From Oculina patagonica (Eukaryota): a stretch of 64,000 nucleotides of DNA. Made by a program: the position numbers and the translations under genes. Every line of letters starts with the position of its first letter. Within the stretch, counting starts at the first letter, position 1. Under the pieces are notes generated by a model. That model was not told the origin of the DNA and ran no database searches. It saw only the letters and a list, made by a program, of their open reading frames with translations. This document shows, one piece after another, positions 48,691 to 60,913 of the stretch. The stretch spans positions 6,386,001 through 6,450,000 of the forward strand of contig NC_135767.1 of assembly GCF_052425735.1 (NCBI RefSeq), read 5' to 3'.

Positions 48691-49178
48691 TTTCCAGATG
48701 TCGCGAAGCCGAAGGCGAGATCTGGTCAAATCCGATTTGTACCACATGATTGTGATTGCCTGTCAGGAATGTGGCAGGCAAGTCAATAGCGCATGCTCGA
48801 GACAATTTTAAGAAAATGACAAATAACCAACGAATGCTTAACCAATCTTGTCTTTCCTGGAATGAAATCTATCAGAGTAGTTTACCAAAGAATAAAGCAG
48901 AAGGCAATCATGAACGCTTTAATAGTCCGGGTAATAATATATTTAATTTAAAAAAGTGTTTATTCGGAACGGCCGTTACGTGCAATGACTGAGACATGTC
49001 TAGGTTTTATGCAAATTTGATCGGGTCACGAAAATATTCTTACGGCGGATTCTCTGCTGTTAAACATCGTTATTCGTTAGAAATAGCTTTATAATGCTAC
49101 GAAGAACTGAGAAGAAATCTTCTTGATTTTGAGGCCGACTGTAAACAGCCAAACGTTCCTAGAATGATTATATTATAA

Positions 49179-49270
49179 GGTTCTCAATGGGGTTAACCGT
49201 TAGCCGTAAAACGGCCAAAAATTTAGCCGTTAACCGTAAAAGCGCTAGCCACCACCCCATTGAGACCCTC
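49179..49270. mobile_element. Small MITE with an 8-bp TSD (hAT-like)
   Basis: TATTATAA at 49171-78 and 49271-78; inverted ends tctcaatggggt...accccattgaga. Confidence 0.7.
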
Positions 49271-49278
49271 TATTATAA

Positions 49279-49442
49279 TAGGCCAATTCCGATATATTAA
49301 TATTCTAACTTAGCTCCGAGGCTTGGGGGAATAAAACAAAAGAAATGATTTATTCATTCCTGAACCTCGACGTGATATCTTTTGTTTTATTCCTCCAAGC
49401 CTCGGAGCCAAGTAAGAATTTTAATATATCGGAAATGCCCTA
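49279..49442. mobile_element. Palindromic MITE
   Basis: ttccgatatattaa..gctccgaggcttgg.ggaataaaacaaaaga mirrored by tcttttgttttattcctccaagcctcggagc..ttaatatatcggaa. Confidence 0.75.
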
Positions 49443-49564
49443 TTGCGTGCAGATCCCTAATTTGCATAAAAAGCAGACGTTGAATATCCTTGAGGCCCGC
49501 AACGCACGTTCAAATTTTAGCGCTGTGACAGCCATGTTTGAAAGAGGTTATTTACGACCAATTC

Positions 49565-49599
49565 ACCACTGATGAAGGGCTAAGCCCGAAACGTTTGGT
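49565..49599 (+). ncRNA. Minimal type I hammerhead ribozyme motif (Penelope/retrozyme-like)
   Basis: ACCA-CUGAUGA-A-GGGC-UAA-GCCC-GAAA-CG-U-U-UGGU. Stem I is ACCA/UGGU, stem II is GGGC/GCCC, the core is CUGAUGA and GAAA, and stem III is the palindrome ACGU. Confidence 0.6.
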
Positions 49600-49997
49600 T
49601 TTTAATGAACTTTTTTGGCATTTACAATACACTTTTTTTCGCAATGTTTTGAAAGAGCCCGTCAAAAAATAAAGAGCGTGCAAATCAAATTTGTTTGAAA
49701 TCTTCCTATCGTAAAAACAACTTTAACTTTGTAACTTTGTATAAACTCCAGTTTCGCCGCTTTAATATCATACAACTAATATCTACATGGATATGACAAC
49801 CAGAAAAACTTCTCAACATTGGCAAAGGACAATAAACAAAAGTCTTTATCGCCCAGCTGCTTTTTCTAAGTTTCACCTGCTTTGGAATATTTGAGTGTTA
49901 TGGTCAAGTTTAACGTAGAATCTTCTAATGACATTTTAAACCGTTCAGTTCTGTGATTTAATTCAGGCCGCATTTTTCTTTCTTCACTTTAAACTTA

Positions 49998-50536
49998 GGG
50001 CCTGTTTACAAGCAGGCGGGTAACCCTAGCACATAGGGTTACCCTAGCACCTAGGGTTACCCTAGCGCTCCCACATTTCTTCTTTTTTCATCGACGTGTT
50101 TACAAGGCGCTAGGGTTACCCTAGCAGCTAGGGTAACCCTAGCTGAGTGCTAGGGTTACCCTACCTGCTAGGGTAACCCTAGCGCCTTGTAAACGCTCTG
50201 CTAGGGATAACTCGCCTACCCGGGACAACTTTATTTTGGCTCCAAAAAGCTAAATATGTTTAAAAATACCGACAAAAACAGCGAATTGTGACCAAGAAAC
50301 ATCGTGTTCATTCACAATTTGTCGTATTTTTGCACTGGAACGGAATTATTTTCGAATAACAGTTTCTAACGAAAAAATTTTACAAGGTTAACTGAAGCGT
50401 AACCGGTGTAAGTTGACCTGGGTAAGTAGGGTTACCCTACCTGCGAATTTTGCTTGTAAACCCGGGCTATCTTCTAACCCTCTTGCTAGGGTAACCCTAG
50501 CACCTAGGGTTACCCTACCTGCTTGTAAACAGGCCC
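49998..50536. mobile_element. PIF/Harbinger-type MITE with internal TAGGGTWACCCTA palindromic repeats
   Basis: TTA|GGGCCTGTTTACAAGCAGG...CCTGCTTGTAAACAGGCCC|TTA. Confidence 0.88.
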
Positions 50537-51148
50537 TTAACGTTATCTATTTTAGGTTGGTATCTAATGTTCTCCTATGTTCTTCTCGCGAAGTGTTCGG
50601 CTAACGGCCGATAAACAAGACTTGAAGTTATATTATTTATAGTGAGCAAGGTGATTGGTGAAAACCATTTAAAACCAATCAGCATTCCTCTGAAGGCACA
50701 AATAAAAATTGTTTTTTTGCGTCGGTTAGTATCATAAAATCTTGTAAACATGTCTGTTTTGTTGATTAGACAAAAATACGTTGGATTAACTTTCTCGATT
50801 GAGTATCTTTAAAAAGTTACAACCCCAAAATGTAAAAAATCAAATAGGATAAATTTTACCTCTTTAATGTGTTCATAACAACTATTTTTTTTAGCATAGA
50901 GACCCGATTTTGTTGATTGGTAAAACTTAACAAAATCCGTTAATACGTGGTTACTGAGAGAAAAATACAACCGACTACAGGCAAAAGAAAACGAGCAACC
51001 GCTAAAGCTTGGATGAATTCTGCTGGCAGAATTTCGAGCATAATTATAATTCGCTTCTTTGGACAGTGCTCTCTACGTACCGGCATTATTCCGCATTTCT
51101 AAGTCAAATCCAAGCAGAATTTGGAAAACTTTACGTAGTAAAGGACAT

Positions 51149-51314
51149 AAGAAAGTGATAAATGATCATCGCAGTGAATTTCCAATTTAAGCAATTGGAA
51201 TAAAGAAGCCTGAAAAAAATTCAGGGCTTCAAATGGAAATTCACTGCGATGATCATTTATCACTTTCATATCCATCCGCAGCTCATATATGAATTATTTC
51301 ATATACATTACATC
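51149..51314. mobile_element. Short insertion with a 9-bp TSD and an internal inverted repeat
   Basis: AAAGGACAT at 51140-48 and 51315-23. Perfect arms gaaagtgataaatgatcatcgcagtgaatttcca / tggaaattcactgcgatgatcatttatcactttc. Confidence 0.7.
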
Positions 51315-51400
51315 AAAGGACATGAGATAATTTTCTTTTAAAAAATGTTCCAAACTAATCGAATAGATCTACGACTCAAATCTCGCATTTCATAACATTA

Positions 51401-52661
51401 GGGACCATTCATTATTTATACCAGGGGGTGGGCCGGCAAGAATAGGGGGTGGGTCATGATAAATCCAGGACACTCAGAGGGGGGGTTATCAGGAAAACTG
51501 CATACAAAGAGGGGGGGCTATCTGTTTTTATGTGTATTTTTGTTAATTTATTATTTTTGACAAATACATGTAATTTCATTGTTGCTTTCTGATAATGGAA
51601 AATGTCAAGAGTCTCTGAAACGATATAGTTTATACATAACAGTTTAAAGCTCATACAGGAAATAGTCAAGGCTATGTATCATGAAATGATGTCTCAATAT
51701 TACGTCCAGATCGAGTTTAGCGAGGTAACGGTTAAGCTGGTACCAGATTTTCCTTTGCATAGTTCTCGCTCTCTGAGTACTCTGCACTACTGTAATGCAC
51801 AAAAACGTTTTCCTTTGCTATCTTCACCAGAATCACTAGATTCATTGTCTGATAACATTTCTGGGTGACTTGCCTAGGGACTGTGTGTAGAGTGCTCCTT
51901 TTTGTTTGTTAGACATTTGCAATGACCCGTCAGACTTTATCATCTCTCTTGCCTTTCAACAGAAGATTAAAGTGAGTTAGATACTTTTACAGCTCTTGGA
52001 TTTTTAGTTTCTGGAATTCAGCAGTGTGACAAGGAGTGTCACAGTTGTAATTTTCAAAACTTTTCTGTTGTCTCTGCTGCCATTTTTCAATGTGTCCTTT
52101 TTGTGAAGATTCCTTGTCCTCTGTAGTAAGACGAAGCATATGATCTTTCACTAGTTCTTTTTTCATGATGAATTTTTTAGAAAACAATAAAATTATTTTT
52201 AATCTCACTGATTGCAAGTGATTGGTAAAAAACTATTTTTAGCATGAACTAAATCAGTGGATAGCGTTGTTGGCACCCTCTGACTGGCTACCAAACTCGG
52301 AATATCCTTGCTATTCACCTCCGAGCAACTTGCACGGAAAAATTTTAATCGTTGAGTTAAAAATTATCCTTTTAGGATTATTTTATCTCAATATTTTAGT
52401 ATATACTAAAACAACTAAAACAACCTCAGTGTTAGTGGCCAGCGGCGAGGAAAATATCCCCCACTAGCCACCTCCACTTCGATAAATAGCTTCTGTGTTT
52501 TTTTTTTTGCAGGTGGGGCAGGGGGGGCTATCTATTTTTTACATTACATGTAGAGGGGTCATGAACTTTCTTCTTTTCCTTGGAAGGGGGTCAACAACTT
52601 TTGTTTTGCTTGATGATGGATCTTGCCGGCCCACCCCCTGGCATAAATAATGAATGGTCCC
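51401..52661. mobile_element. PIF/Harbinger-type non-autonomous element (1261 bp) with a nested repeat at ~52250-52490
   Basis: TTA|GGGACCATTCATTATTTATACCAGGGGGTGGGCCGGCAAGA...TCTTGCCGGCCCACCCCCTGGCATAAATAATGAATGGTCCC|TTA. The empty site cataacattagctaa is in the paralogous block at ~60265-60279. The nested repeat resembles ~19315-19510. Confidence 0.9.
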
Positions 52662-53297
52662 TTAGCTAAGAACGTGCTTACATGTCTTCATATCGAACGG
52701 TACCGTACAAAATAACATTAGATATAATTGCTTTCTTTGCTAACAGTTTTGTTACACACAGTTAAATGAGTGAATATCTACACTAAACTTACACTTGGCT
52801 ACAATTTTGCTATACACAGCAAATGTCTAATAAGGCAACTGTACCGAGCGGAATTCGAGCAAGATTTCGATGCTCGAGGCGAATTTTCAGCAGAAAGCCT
52901 GGTTTTTACGAGAATTACCGGCAGGCATAATTCGCGAATTTACGAGCAGAATTTATCCGAGCCTAATGCCATCGACCCCAAACGCGGGAAACATGCAATC
53001 GGCGCGAAGGACGCGAAAATATGAAACCGGGCCTCGGTTATATCCCGGACTGGATGAACAAAAAAACATGGATTGTTTTCCTTGATTCGTTAGAGCAAGT
53101 TTCAGCTTTTTTTAAATGAAGAATCTACTTAAAACAACCTGAAAAAAGACACAACTAAAAGGAACACATGTCATTTCTTTGGAAGTCAATTTTATTTTAA
53201 TTTTACTGCTGTTTAAGTAAGAAAAAATGTTCTTTGGCCGTTAGGGTAGCCACAAACGCAATTTAAACTGCATAAGAACGTTCCCGGTAACTACTGA

Positions 53298-54800
53298 CTA
53301 AAGTTTCGTTTCCTCGTAACTGTTCCACGCAGGTTCTTTCTCATTAGTCAATTCAGCAACAGTTAGTTTGTTGTCCAATGTGTTTACGTTTGATGATAAT
53401 ATTGGCAATGACCTGGTTCTCGAGAAATTCTTCCCTGTTGCATTTTGACGACAGTTTGTGAATGTCTCGAGGAAGTTTTCATCCAGCGACGTTGATCGCA
53501 CAATTTTAAGCTCCGTGGTATCTTTAGGTAATTTAGTATCACGTTGAATGTGTTTCTTTCTTGGGGCATTTTCAATCTGAACTGTGACAACTAGTTTGTT
53601 GTGTTGTTCTGTGAAGACCTTATCGTTTGCTATCTTCGATGGAGCTGATCTGGGTCTTTCCTCCACTGTCTCAATCGATCTTCGCCGAACCGTATCCGAA
53701 CAAATCGTTGCACCGCAAGAGTCTGATCTTACCAAGCGGGGTTGTGTTTGCCCGATTTGAAGCTCTTCAACATCTAGCGATGCCACGGAATAGCGACGTC
53801 GCCTAGTTTGACGCACAGTGCGAGCTGCTGGCTGGATTTTTTGAGGCTTTCTGCACCTTAACAGCTCCAGCGCAGCTTTCCTTAAGCGGTGGTCTCTATA
53901 AAAGTACAGCAGTGGATTGAATAGAGAGTTTAAGAGAAGCATTGTTTGTGCCCACTGAAAACTAGAACCGTCGCGGGAAAAAGGCCTTATCGCGTACAAA
54001 AGACTGAAGAGAATGCTTGGAACACCCGAGATACAAACGAAAAGTGTTATCCAGAAAGTAGTGTAAGCAATCTTTGTTTCAAGCTTCGCTTTTGCCAGTG
54101 CAATCACTGTGCGACGGATTTGCGTTCGGTTCTGCTTTCGCACTCCGAGATAAACCTTAACATAAAAGTATAGTATAAATAAAAGGCACGCAAACCAGAA
54201 AATGCACAGTATAATCTTCACCGCTAAGATCAGTGTATGACGGACGCCAACGGTTTCCAATATTACTACTGGAGGAATCGTTAGTAATGTGAAGAGCCAT
54301 GCAACTCTCACGTACTTCTTTAGACGGTCTCTTGTAATTATTATCTTGTATTTCATCCATTTGACTATAGCCACGTACCTCTCCCAAGCAATAAGAAGCA
54401 AATGTAGAAACGACGCAAAGTAAACAGTGTACATCACAAAGACACCTATGTTACGTATCGTACATATAACATCCTCAAATAAAATTCCCTGCAAAAGTAG
54501 CGCTTTAAAAGTGATTGTCAGTGGCATGGATACAGCGCCCACCAAAAGATCAGTTACAGCCAAACTAGACAACAGGATGTTTGAATTCTTTTTCAGTTCT
54601 CTTCTCGTCTTCAATGCTATTATCACCAAGAGGTTTAACAGAATGGTAACGGGACAAGCAATGATCGTGACGCCAAGAATAATCTGAAGCGAAACTGTAC
54701 GATTTAAGTCCCAGACGTATTGTGGCGACTTCGGGCAATAAAACACTGACCTGGTTTCGTTGAAGGAATTGGCCAATGATTCTGTATTATTCACCGTCAT
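53298..54800 (-). CDS. Intronless class A orphan GPCR with a long C-terminal tail, copy 1
   Basis: 500-aa ORF with LN (TM1), LAVTDLLVGAVSMP, AWERY and NSLFNPLLY; ~200-aa basic/Ser-rich tail ending EETKL. Confidence 0.93.
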   Translation of the reverse strand: MTVNNTESLANSFNETRSVFYCPKSPQYVWDLNRTVSLQIILGVTIIACPVTILLNLLVIIALKTRRELKKNSNILLSSLAVTDLLVGAVSMPLTITFKALLLQGILFEDVICTIRNIGVFVMYTVYFASFLHLLLIAWERYVAIVKWMKYKIIITRDRLKKYVRVAWLFTLLTIPPVVILETVGVRHTLILAVKIILCIFWFACLLFILYFYVKVYLGVRKQNRTQIRRTVIALAKAKLETKIAYTTFWITLFVCISGVPSILFSLLYAIRPFSRDGSSFQWAQTMLLLNSLFNPLLYFYRDHRLRKAALELLRCRKPQKIQPAARTVRQTRRRRYSVASLDVEELQIGQTQPRLVRSDSCGATICSDTVRRRSIETVEERPRSAPSKIANDKVFTEQHNKLVVTVQIENAPRKKHIQRDTKLPKDTTELKIVRSTSLDENFLETFTNCRQNATGKNFSRTRSLPILSSNVNTLDNKLTVAELTNEKEPAWNSYEETKL

Positions 54801-55539
54801 GATTATTGATTATTGATAGGACGATTCCAGAGAATTAGATTCTTGATAGCTCGGGTCTGGTTTATGTTTCGTCTTGTCAAAACCTCTTAACACATAAAAT
54901 GTTGTTGCTAATGGTGCAATGTTGTTTTTCAATCAGCTTTTTGAGATTTTTTTCTCTTTTTTTTTTCGTTTTCCGGTAGCAAATAGATTTCCAGAGACCA
55001 GAATTAATTTCCTACTCATTTGAAATCAAGCTTTGTTCAGTGAGGATATCTATTGTGGGAAGTTCCTTGACTTCCTCATAGAACTCTCGTCACTCAGTTG
55101 TATAGTTCTTTTCTTTTCTGACCATACACCGTGAAGATTCTTTTGAGAGAAGTTTAATTTGCTTAGAATTTTTCCTCAGTTCTATTGTTTTTTGTTTTAT
55201 TTTAAGCATAAGTTGTAGCAATTAGCGCCGTTTTTTAGCATTGTGTGAAGTGAATTGACAGGAAATTTATTTCAGTATTTTTTTCAGATTTTTAGTTTCC
55301 ATACGCCTACAGTGGTTGCACCTAACAGGAACTCGGTTGAAACAGATATCTTTTCTCGGTAGAGTTCTTTCTCGCCCACATGTGTTGCAGGAAAATGTTT
55401 CCTACAAACGTAGTTTCTCATTAAAATTTGTTTTTATCCACAATTACTTCTTCCATGGACGCTTTTGTTTTTTTAAAAACAAAATGCAATCTTTAAATTC
55501 ACAAATTTACAATCGTTTTGAATAAGAAAACCATTGTAT

Positions 55540-55957
55540 AGACTTTAAAGCTGTCTTAGACGTTAAAGCTGTCTCGAGACGATATTAACGTCTAGTATAA
55601 AAACGGCAAATAACGGCAAAAAAAAAAACGGCAAAGACAGACGCCTTTAACGTCTTTAGCGTCTGAATGACGCTCTTATCGGACAGCTTTAACGTCTCAG
55701 ACGTTAAAGTCGTCTAGTATAAAAACGGGACGTCGTTAACTAGTATAAAAACAGTAAATAAGACAGACGCCTTTGACGTCTGATGGCTTTACGTCTTCGT
55801 GTCCAGTGTCCTCCGAGCGTCGAACCCAGTCTTTTTTATTTTTTTCTGAAAAGCTGTCTTCTAAATGCGTCCCGTTTTTATACCAGACGCCAATAACGTC
55901 TTAGACGTTAAAGTCGTCTAAACGACATTATCATCTCTAGCATAAAAACAGCCATAG
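55540..55957. repeat. AGACGT/ACGTCT-rich palindromic repeat (probable transposon relic)
   Basis: Repeated aacgtct(t/c)agacgttaaagtcgtcta and ctagtataaaaac units. Confidence 0.6.
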
Positions 55958-56039
55958 ATAACATTTCCGTCTTTCTATTTAACAATTAGACTACGAGCCC
56001 GAGTTTTCAACGAGGCGCAGATTTTGGACATGGAATAAA

Positions 56040-57172
56040 AACAAGGATGAATTTACACCCAAACTATACATTTCAAGTCTCAAACTGGCCGGTTTTGCTG
56101 GATCAATAGTGAAAATAAGCCTTAATCTACGTGGTGGTATTTCAACACAAGAGCCCAAATTCGTCCATTTCAGTGGCTCATGTAGGCTTTTCGTTTTCGA
56201 TTCTTTTGGACCAGGAGTGAAAATAAGGATGAATCCATGTGATGACATTTTTGCAAAAAGACCCAAACTGCACATTGCAACTCTCGAACTGGCCGGTTTT
56301 GCAGGATCTGGAGTAAAAATAAGCTTTAATCTACGTGGTGGTATTTCAACGCAAGGGCCCAAACTCGTCATTTTCATTGGATCATGTAGCACTTTCTTAC
56401 GCTATAATTCGTTTAGACCTGGAGTGACAATTAGGATAAATCCACGTGATGGCATTTTCCAAAAAGACCCAAACTGTATATTGCAAGTCTCACACTGGCC
56501 TGTTTTGCTGCATCTGGTGGGAGAATAAGCTTTTATCTACGTGGTGGTATTTCAACACAAGAGCCCAAAATAGTAATTTTTAGTGGCTCATTTATTCGAT
56601 TCTTTTGGAACTGGAGTGAAAATTAGGATAAATACTACTTATTAACCGAGAGTGAGGTCATTACAGGGGAATCTCAGACCGAGGCCTTGATGTATTGACC
56701 GAGCGATAGCGAGGTCAATACATCAAGGCCGAGGTCTGAGATTGCCCTGTAATGACTGAACGGACGAGGTTAATACGTTATTTATTATATGGCCTTTAAG
56801 CGCTATTCTAAACTGAAATATCTAAAAAACACCGAGGCGAAACTCGCTCTCGCTCTCTGTGGCTCTCTTCGTCGTTCATACTAAAGAAGTATCGGTATGC
56901 TTATATTTTTCTTTCAGTTGTTAAAAAGATAGTTACATTTTGTCGGTATTTATTGTCGTTCTCGCAATTGCGCTAGTAGCTTTTACTCACAACTCAAAAA
57001 ACCATGTAAAAACCTCCGAGCCGAGAAAATTTTTCATAATGCCCGGTCATTACAAGAAAATAATGCCCGCTCAGCAGCCAATCAGAGCGCGCGTACTATT
57101 GTAGCCATATAATAAATCAACGTGATTGCAATTTTCCAAAAAGACCCAAACTATAGATTTCAAGTCTCAAAA
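56040..57172. repeat. ~205-bp tandem repeat (about 3.5 units) interrupted by a ~480-bp insertion at ~56634-57116
   Basis: tacgtggtggtatttcaac at 56128, 56332 and 56538. The unit resumes (..acgtgattgcaattttccaaaaagacccaaact) after 57117. The insertion has a hairpin ggccttgatgtattgacc/ggtcaatacatcaaggcc. Confidence 0.8.
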
Positions 57173-57358
57173 TGACGGAAAGCACAAGCACAAGGATCAA
57201 AATTTGTCATTTTTGCGTGATTGTGCGTATGCTTGCGCTTGTGCTTGCGTCACTAGTGAAAACCAGGCTTAAGGTAGCCACAAATGTAATTTTAACTGCA
57301 TTAAAACATTGACAGAAATTAAATATTATATAATATATGGAGTCATGAAAACAACTGA

Positions 57359-58870
57359 TTAAAGCTTCCTTTCCTCGTAACTGTTCCACGCAAGTTTTTT
57401 GTCATTAGTCAATTCATGATCAGCATCAGTAAGTTTGTTGTCAAATGTCTTTATTAAGTTTGCTGATAATATTGGCAATGACCTGGATCTCGAAAAGTGC
57501 TTCCCTGCTGCATTTTGACGACAGTTTGTGAATGTCTTAAGGAAGTTTTCATTCAGCGACGTTGATCGCACAATTTTAAGCTCCGCCGTAGTATCTTTCG
57601 GTAATTCAGTATTACGGTGAATACTTTTCTTTCTTGGGGCATTTTCAATCTGAACTGTGACAACAAATTTGTTTTGCTGTTGTGAGAAGACCTTATCGTT
57701 TGCTAACTTCGGTGGAGCTGATCTGGGTTTTTCCTCCACTGTCTCAATCGATCTTCGCCGAACCGTTTCCGAACAAATCACAGCACCACAAGATTCAGAT
57801 TTTACCAAGCGGGGTTGTGTTTGTCCGATTTGAGGCTCTTCAACATCTAGCGATGCCACGGAATAGCGACGTCGCCTAGTTCGACGCACAATACGAGCTA
57901 TTGGCTGGTGTCTTTGAGGTTTTCTACACCTTAACAGCTCCAGTGCAGCTTTCCTTAAGCGGCGGTCTCTATAACAGTACAATAGTGGATTGAAGAGAGA
58001 GTTTAACTGTAGCATTATATCTGCCCATCGCAAAACAGAAGCCTCGAGGAGAAAAGGCCAAATTCCCCTGAACAGGTAAAGGAGAACTGTCGAAACGCCC
58101 GAGATAAAGACGAAAAGTGTTATCCAGAAAGTCGTGTAAGCAACCTTTCTTTCAAGCTTCGCTTTAATCAGAGCATTCACTGAACGGATTTGCGTTTGGT
58201 TCTGCTTTTGCACAACGAGATAAACCTTAACATAATAGTATACTATAAACAAAATGCCTGCAACCCAGAAACTGCTAACTAGTACATCCACGGCTAACAT
58301 AACTTCATAACGGACGCCAAAGGCTTCCATTACAGTCATCACAACAACGGTAAGTGATGTTGCCAGCCATGCAATTTTCGCGTACTTCTTTAGACGACCT
58401 TTTGTAACAATGACCATGTACTCCATCCATTTTACTATCGCGACGTACCTCTCCCAAGCAATGAGCACCAAATGAGAAAACGATACAATGTAAAGAGTAT
58501 ACAGCACAAAGGCACCTATGATACCTACTGTACAGATAATATTTTCAAATAAAATTCTTCGCAGAACTAACGCGTCTAAAGTAATAGTCAGCGGCATAGA
58601 TACAGCGCCCACTAAAAGGTCAGTCACAGCTAAACTAGATAGCAGAATGTGTGAATTATTTTTCAATTCTCTTCTCGTCTTCATTGCTATTATCACCAAG
58701 AGGTTTAACAGAATGGTAAAAGGGCAAGCGAATGTCGTGACGGCCAGAGTAATGTTAAGAGAAGTTGTTTGTTTTAAGTCCCAGATAAAATCTGGTGTCT
58801 TCGGGCAATAAAACACTGACCTGGTTCCGTTGAAGGAATTGGCGAGTGATTCTGTATTATTCACTGTCAT
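57359..58870 (-). CDS. Intronless long-tailed class A orphan GPCR, copy 2
   Basis: 503-aa ORF with the same motifs; TM6 Pro replaced by Ser (ISGVSTV); ends EERKL. Confidence 0.92.
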   Translation of the reverse strand: MTVNNTESLANSFNGTRSVFYCPKTPDFIWDLKQTTSLNITLAVTTFACPFTILLNLLVIIAMKTRRELKNNSHILLSSLAVTDLLVGAVSMPLTITLDALVLRRILFENIICTVGIIGAFVLYTLYIVSFSHLVLIAWERYVAIVKWMEYMVIVTKGRLKKYAKIAWLATSLTVVVMTVMEAFGVRYEVMLAVDVLVSSFWVAGILFIVYYYVKVYLVVQKQNQTQIRSVNALIKAKLERKVAYTTFWITLFVFISGVSTVLLYLFRGIWPFLLEASVLRWADIMLQLNSLFNPLLYCYRDRRLRKAALELLRCRKPQRHQPIARIVRRTRRRRYSVASLDVEEPQIGQTQPRLVKSESCGAVICSETVRRRSIETVEEKPRSAPPKLANDKVFSQQQNKFVVTVQIENAPRKKSIHRNTELPKDTTAELKIVRSTSLNENFLKTFTNCRQNAAGKHFSRSRSLPILSANLIKTFDNKLTDADHELTNDKKLAWNSYEERKL

Positions 58871-60913
58871 GATCGATACACAAGGAGGGTTCGAGAAAAT
58901 TAGTTTCTTGATAGCTTGGTTCGGGTCTTATGGTGCTTCTTTCTTGTCCAAATTCCGACTCGATACTTGCTCGACAGCGCAAATAACTTTGTTTTTAATG
59001 GCTTAACTTTATTTTATTTTATTTTCGTGTGAATGTTTGCATTTTGTAATTTTCCTGTCAATTGATTTCGCTATGTATTTTTGGAAACAGATTTCCATGT
59101 AAAGTGGGTAATTTCCTACGTAAGTGACTTCATTCAGAACAGTCTCGGCTTAAGCTATCTTTCCAAACAATTTATCCTCGCTTGTTTTTTCTTTTTGGGT
59201 ACAAACCGAAGCAATTAACTGCAACATATGGTGTATTGTACAAGGTAAATTGACAAGAAATTTGTCAAGCGAACTTGGTGTTAATCTATATAACACAAGC
59301 ATGATTCCAGAAAATTAATTTCTTGATAGCTCGGTTCTGGTTTGGTTCTATGCTTTTTGTTTGTTTGATTGTTTTTCGGTAGTTTTGCTAACATTTCTTT
59401 TTCGATGTTTCATGTTAATTAGGGAGACCAAAATTTATTTTTTGAATCACTTGTTGTCACTTGTAAGGTTCTTATGAGAGTTAAGCTGCGTTTCCCTTTT
59501 TTTATAGAATTTGGCCATTACGATTGAATGCCAATAAATGCACGCTTTGTGACAGGCATCACAAAGTGTCCTCGCCGATAAAACTTCAGCAAAATACACA
59601 CATACTGTCAAATATGAAGTAATATGAAAATGTCCAATAACCCAGTATTATATGACGATGTTATCAGTTTTTTTAATTCTTTGCGTAAGCTGAACCAATT
59701 AGCGCCACTGTTTAAGCATTCAGTGCTGTGAATTAGCGGGGAAGTTTTAATTATTCGCCTGGCTTAGTCTTTTACTGACTGTTAATACACGCACAATGGC
59801 CGCACCTGGTTTAGTTGTTTTCAAAATCAGTTACATTCCCTAAGTAAAAATCTGTTTGACCAACATGTGAGGAAAAATGTTCGTTTGAGCATAATTATCG
59901 GCAAATAAACTATATTTTTGAGCGGGGGAAAGTGTTCCGATTTCATTCTCCTTTTAGCCCACTTTAAACTTTTCCATACTATTTGCCTTTTTAGGGTTGT
60001 CTGTTTTCTTTCTCCATCGAGTTTATTCATTAATTCAACATAACAAGAAAATACCCTAGAAAAGTATTAACAGTAACTTCTTAGTAAGACAGAATAATCC
60101 GGTACGAGGTCAATATGCTGCCTGCAGATAAGATGAGTTCCATAAGGAACTCACCACGGTTATGTTCGCAAAATTCTGAAAAATCATTTACACAAAAGAT
60201 AAAGCTTAAAAGGTTAAAACATTCAAGTGGATCAAAAATAACTAGCGACTCGAATCTCGCATTGCATAACATTAGCTAAAAACCCCGTTCTCAAATGCGC
60301 TCACAGAACATAATTTCAGTACATTTTCCACATCTAATGGTATTGCACAAAGTAACATTAATTATTATTGGTTTCATTACTAACAGTTTTGTTACACACA
60401 GTGAAATGAGTGAATATCTACACTTAGCTACAATTTTGCTGTACACAATGTCTAATTAGCCAGCTGTATCTAGCAGAATTCGAGCAGAATTTCGATGCCA
60501 ACCCGAAGTTTGAGCAGAAAACGTGATTTATACGAGCATTTCCGGCAGGCATAATTCGCGAATTTACGAGCAGAAATTATCCGAACCTTATGCCATCGAC
60601 CCTAAGCGCGGGAAACATGCAATCGGCTCCAAGGACGAGAAAATATGAAACCGGCGCTCAACGCGGAAAATGCGCGTGAGCCAAGTCACGATTGGTTTTG
60701 ATTTTATCTCGGACTGGATAAAGAAAAAGATGGCTTGTTTTCCTTGATGCGTTAGAGCAAGTTTCACAATGTTTTAAAAAGAAGAAAATACTGAAGACAT
60801 GAAACAGACGCAACTAAAAGGAACAAGAAAAAAAATCAAGAAAGAAAAATTCTTTATGGCCGTTAGGATAGCCACAAACGCAATGTATATGGAGTTATTA
60901 TTCATTCAACTAA

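Noticed and set aside
50010-50520. Interstitial telomere or chromosome-fusion site
   Set aside because: Not tandem TTAGGG; the palindromes sit inside a TIR/TSD-bounded MITE.
55991-56528. 133-aa and 139-aa repeat-containing ORFs
   Set aside because: They arise from the ~205-bp tandem repeat, and the frame is not maintained in the third unit.
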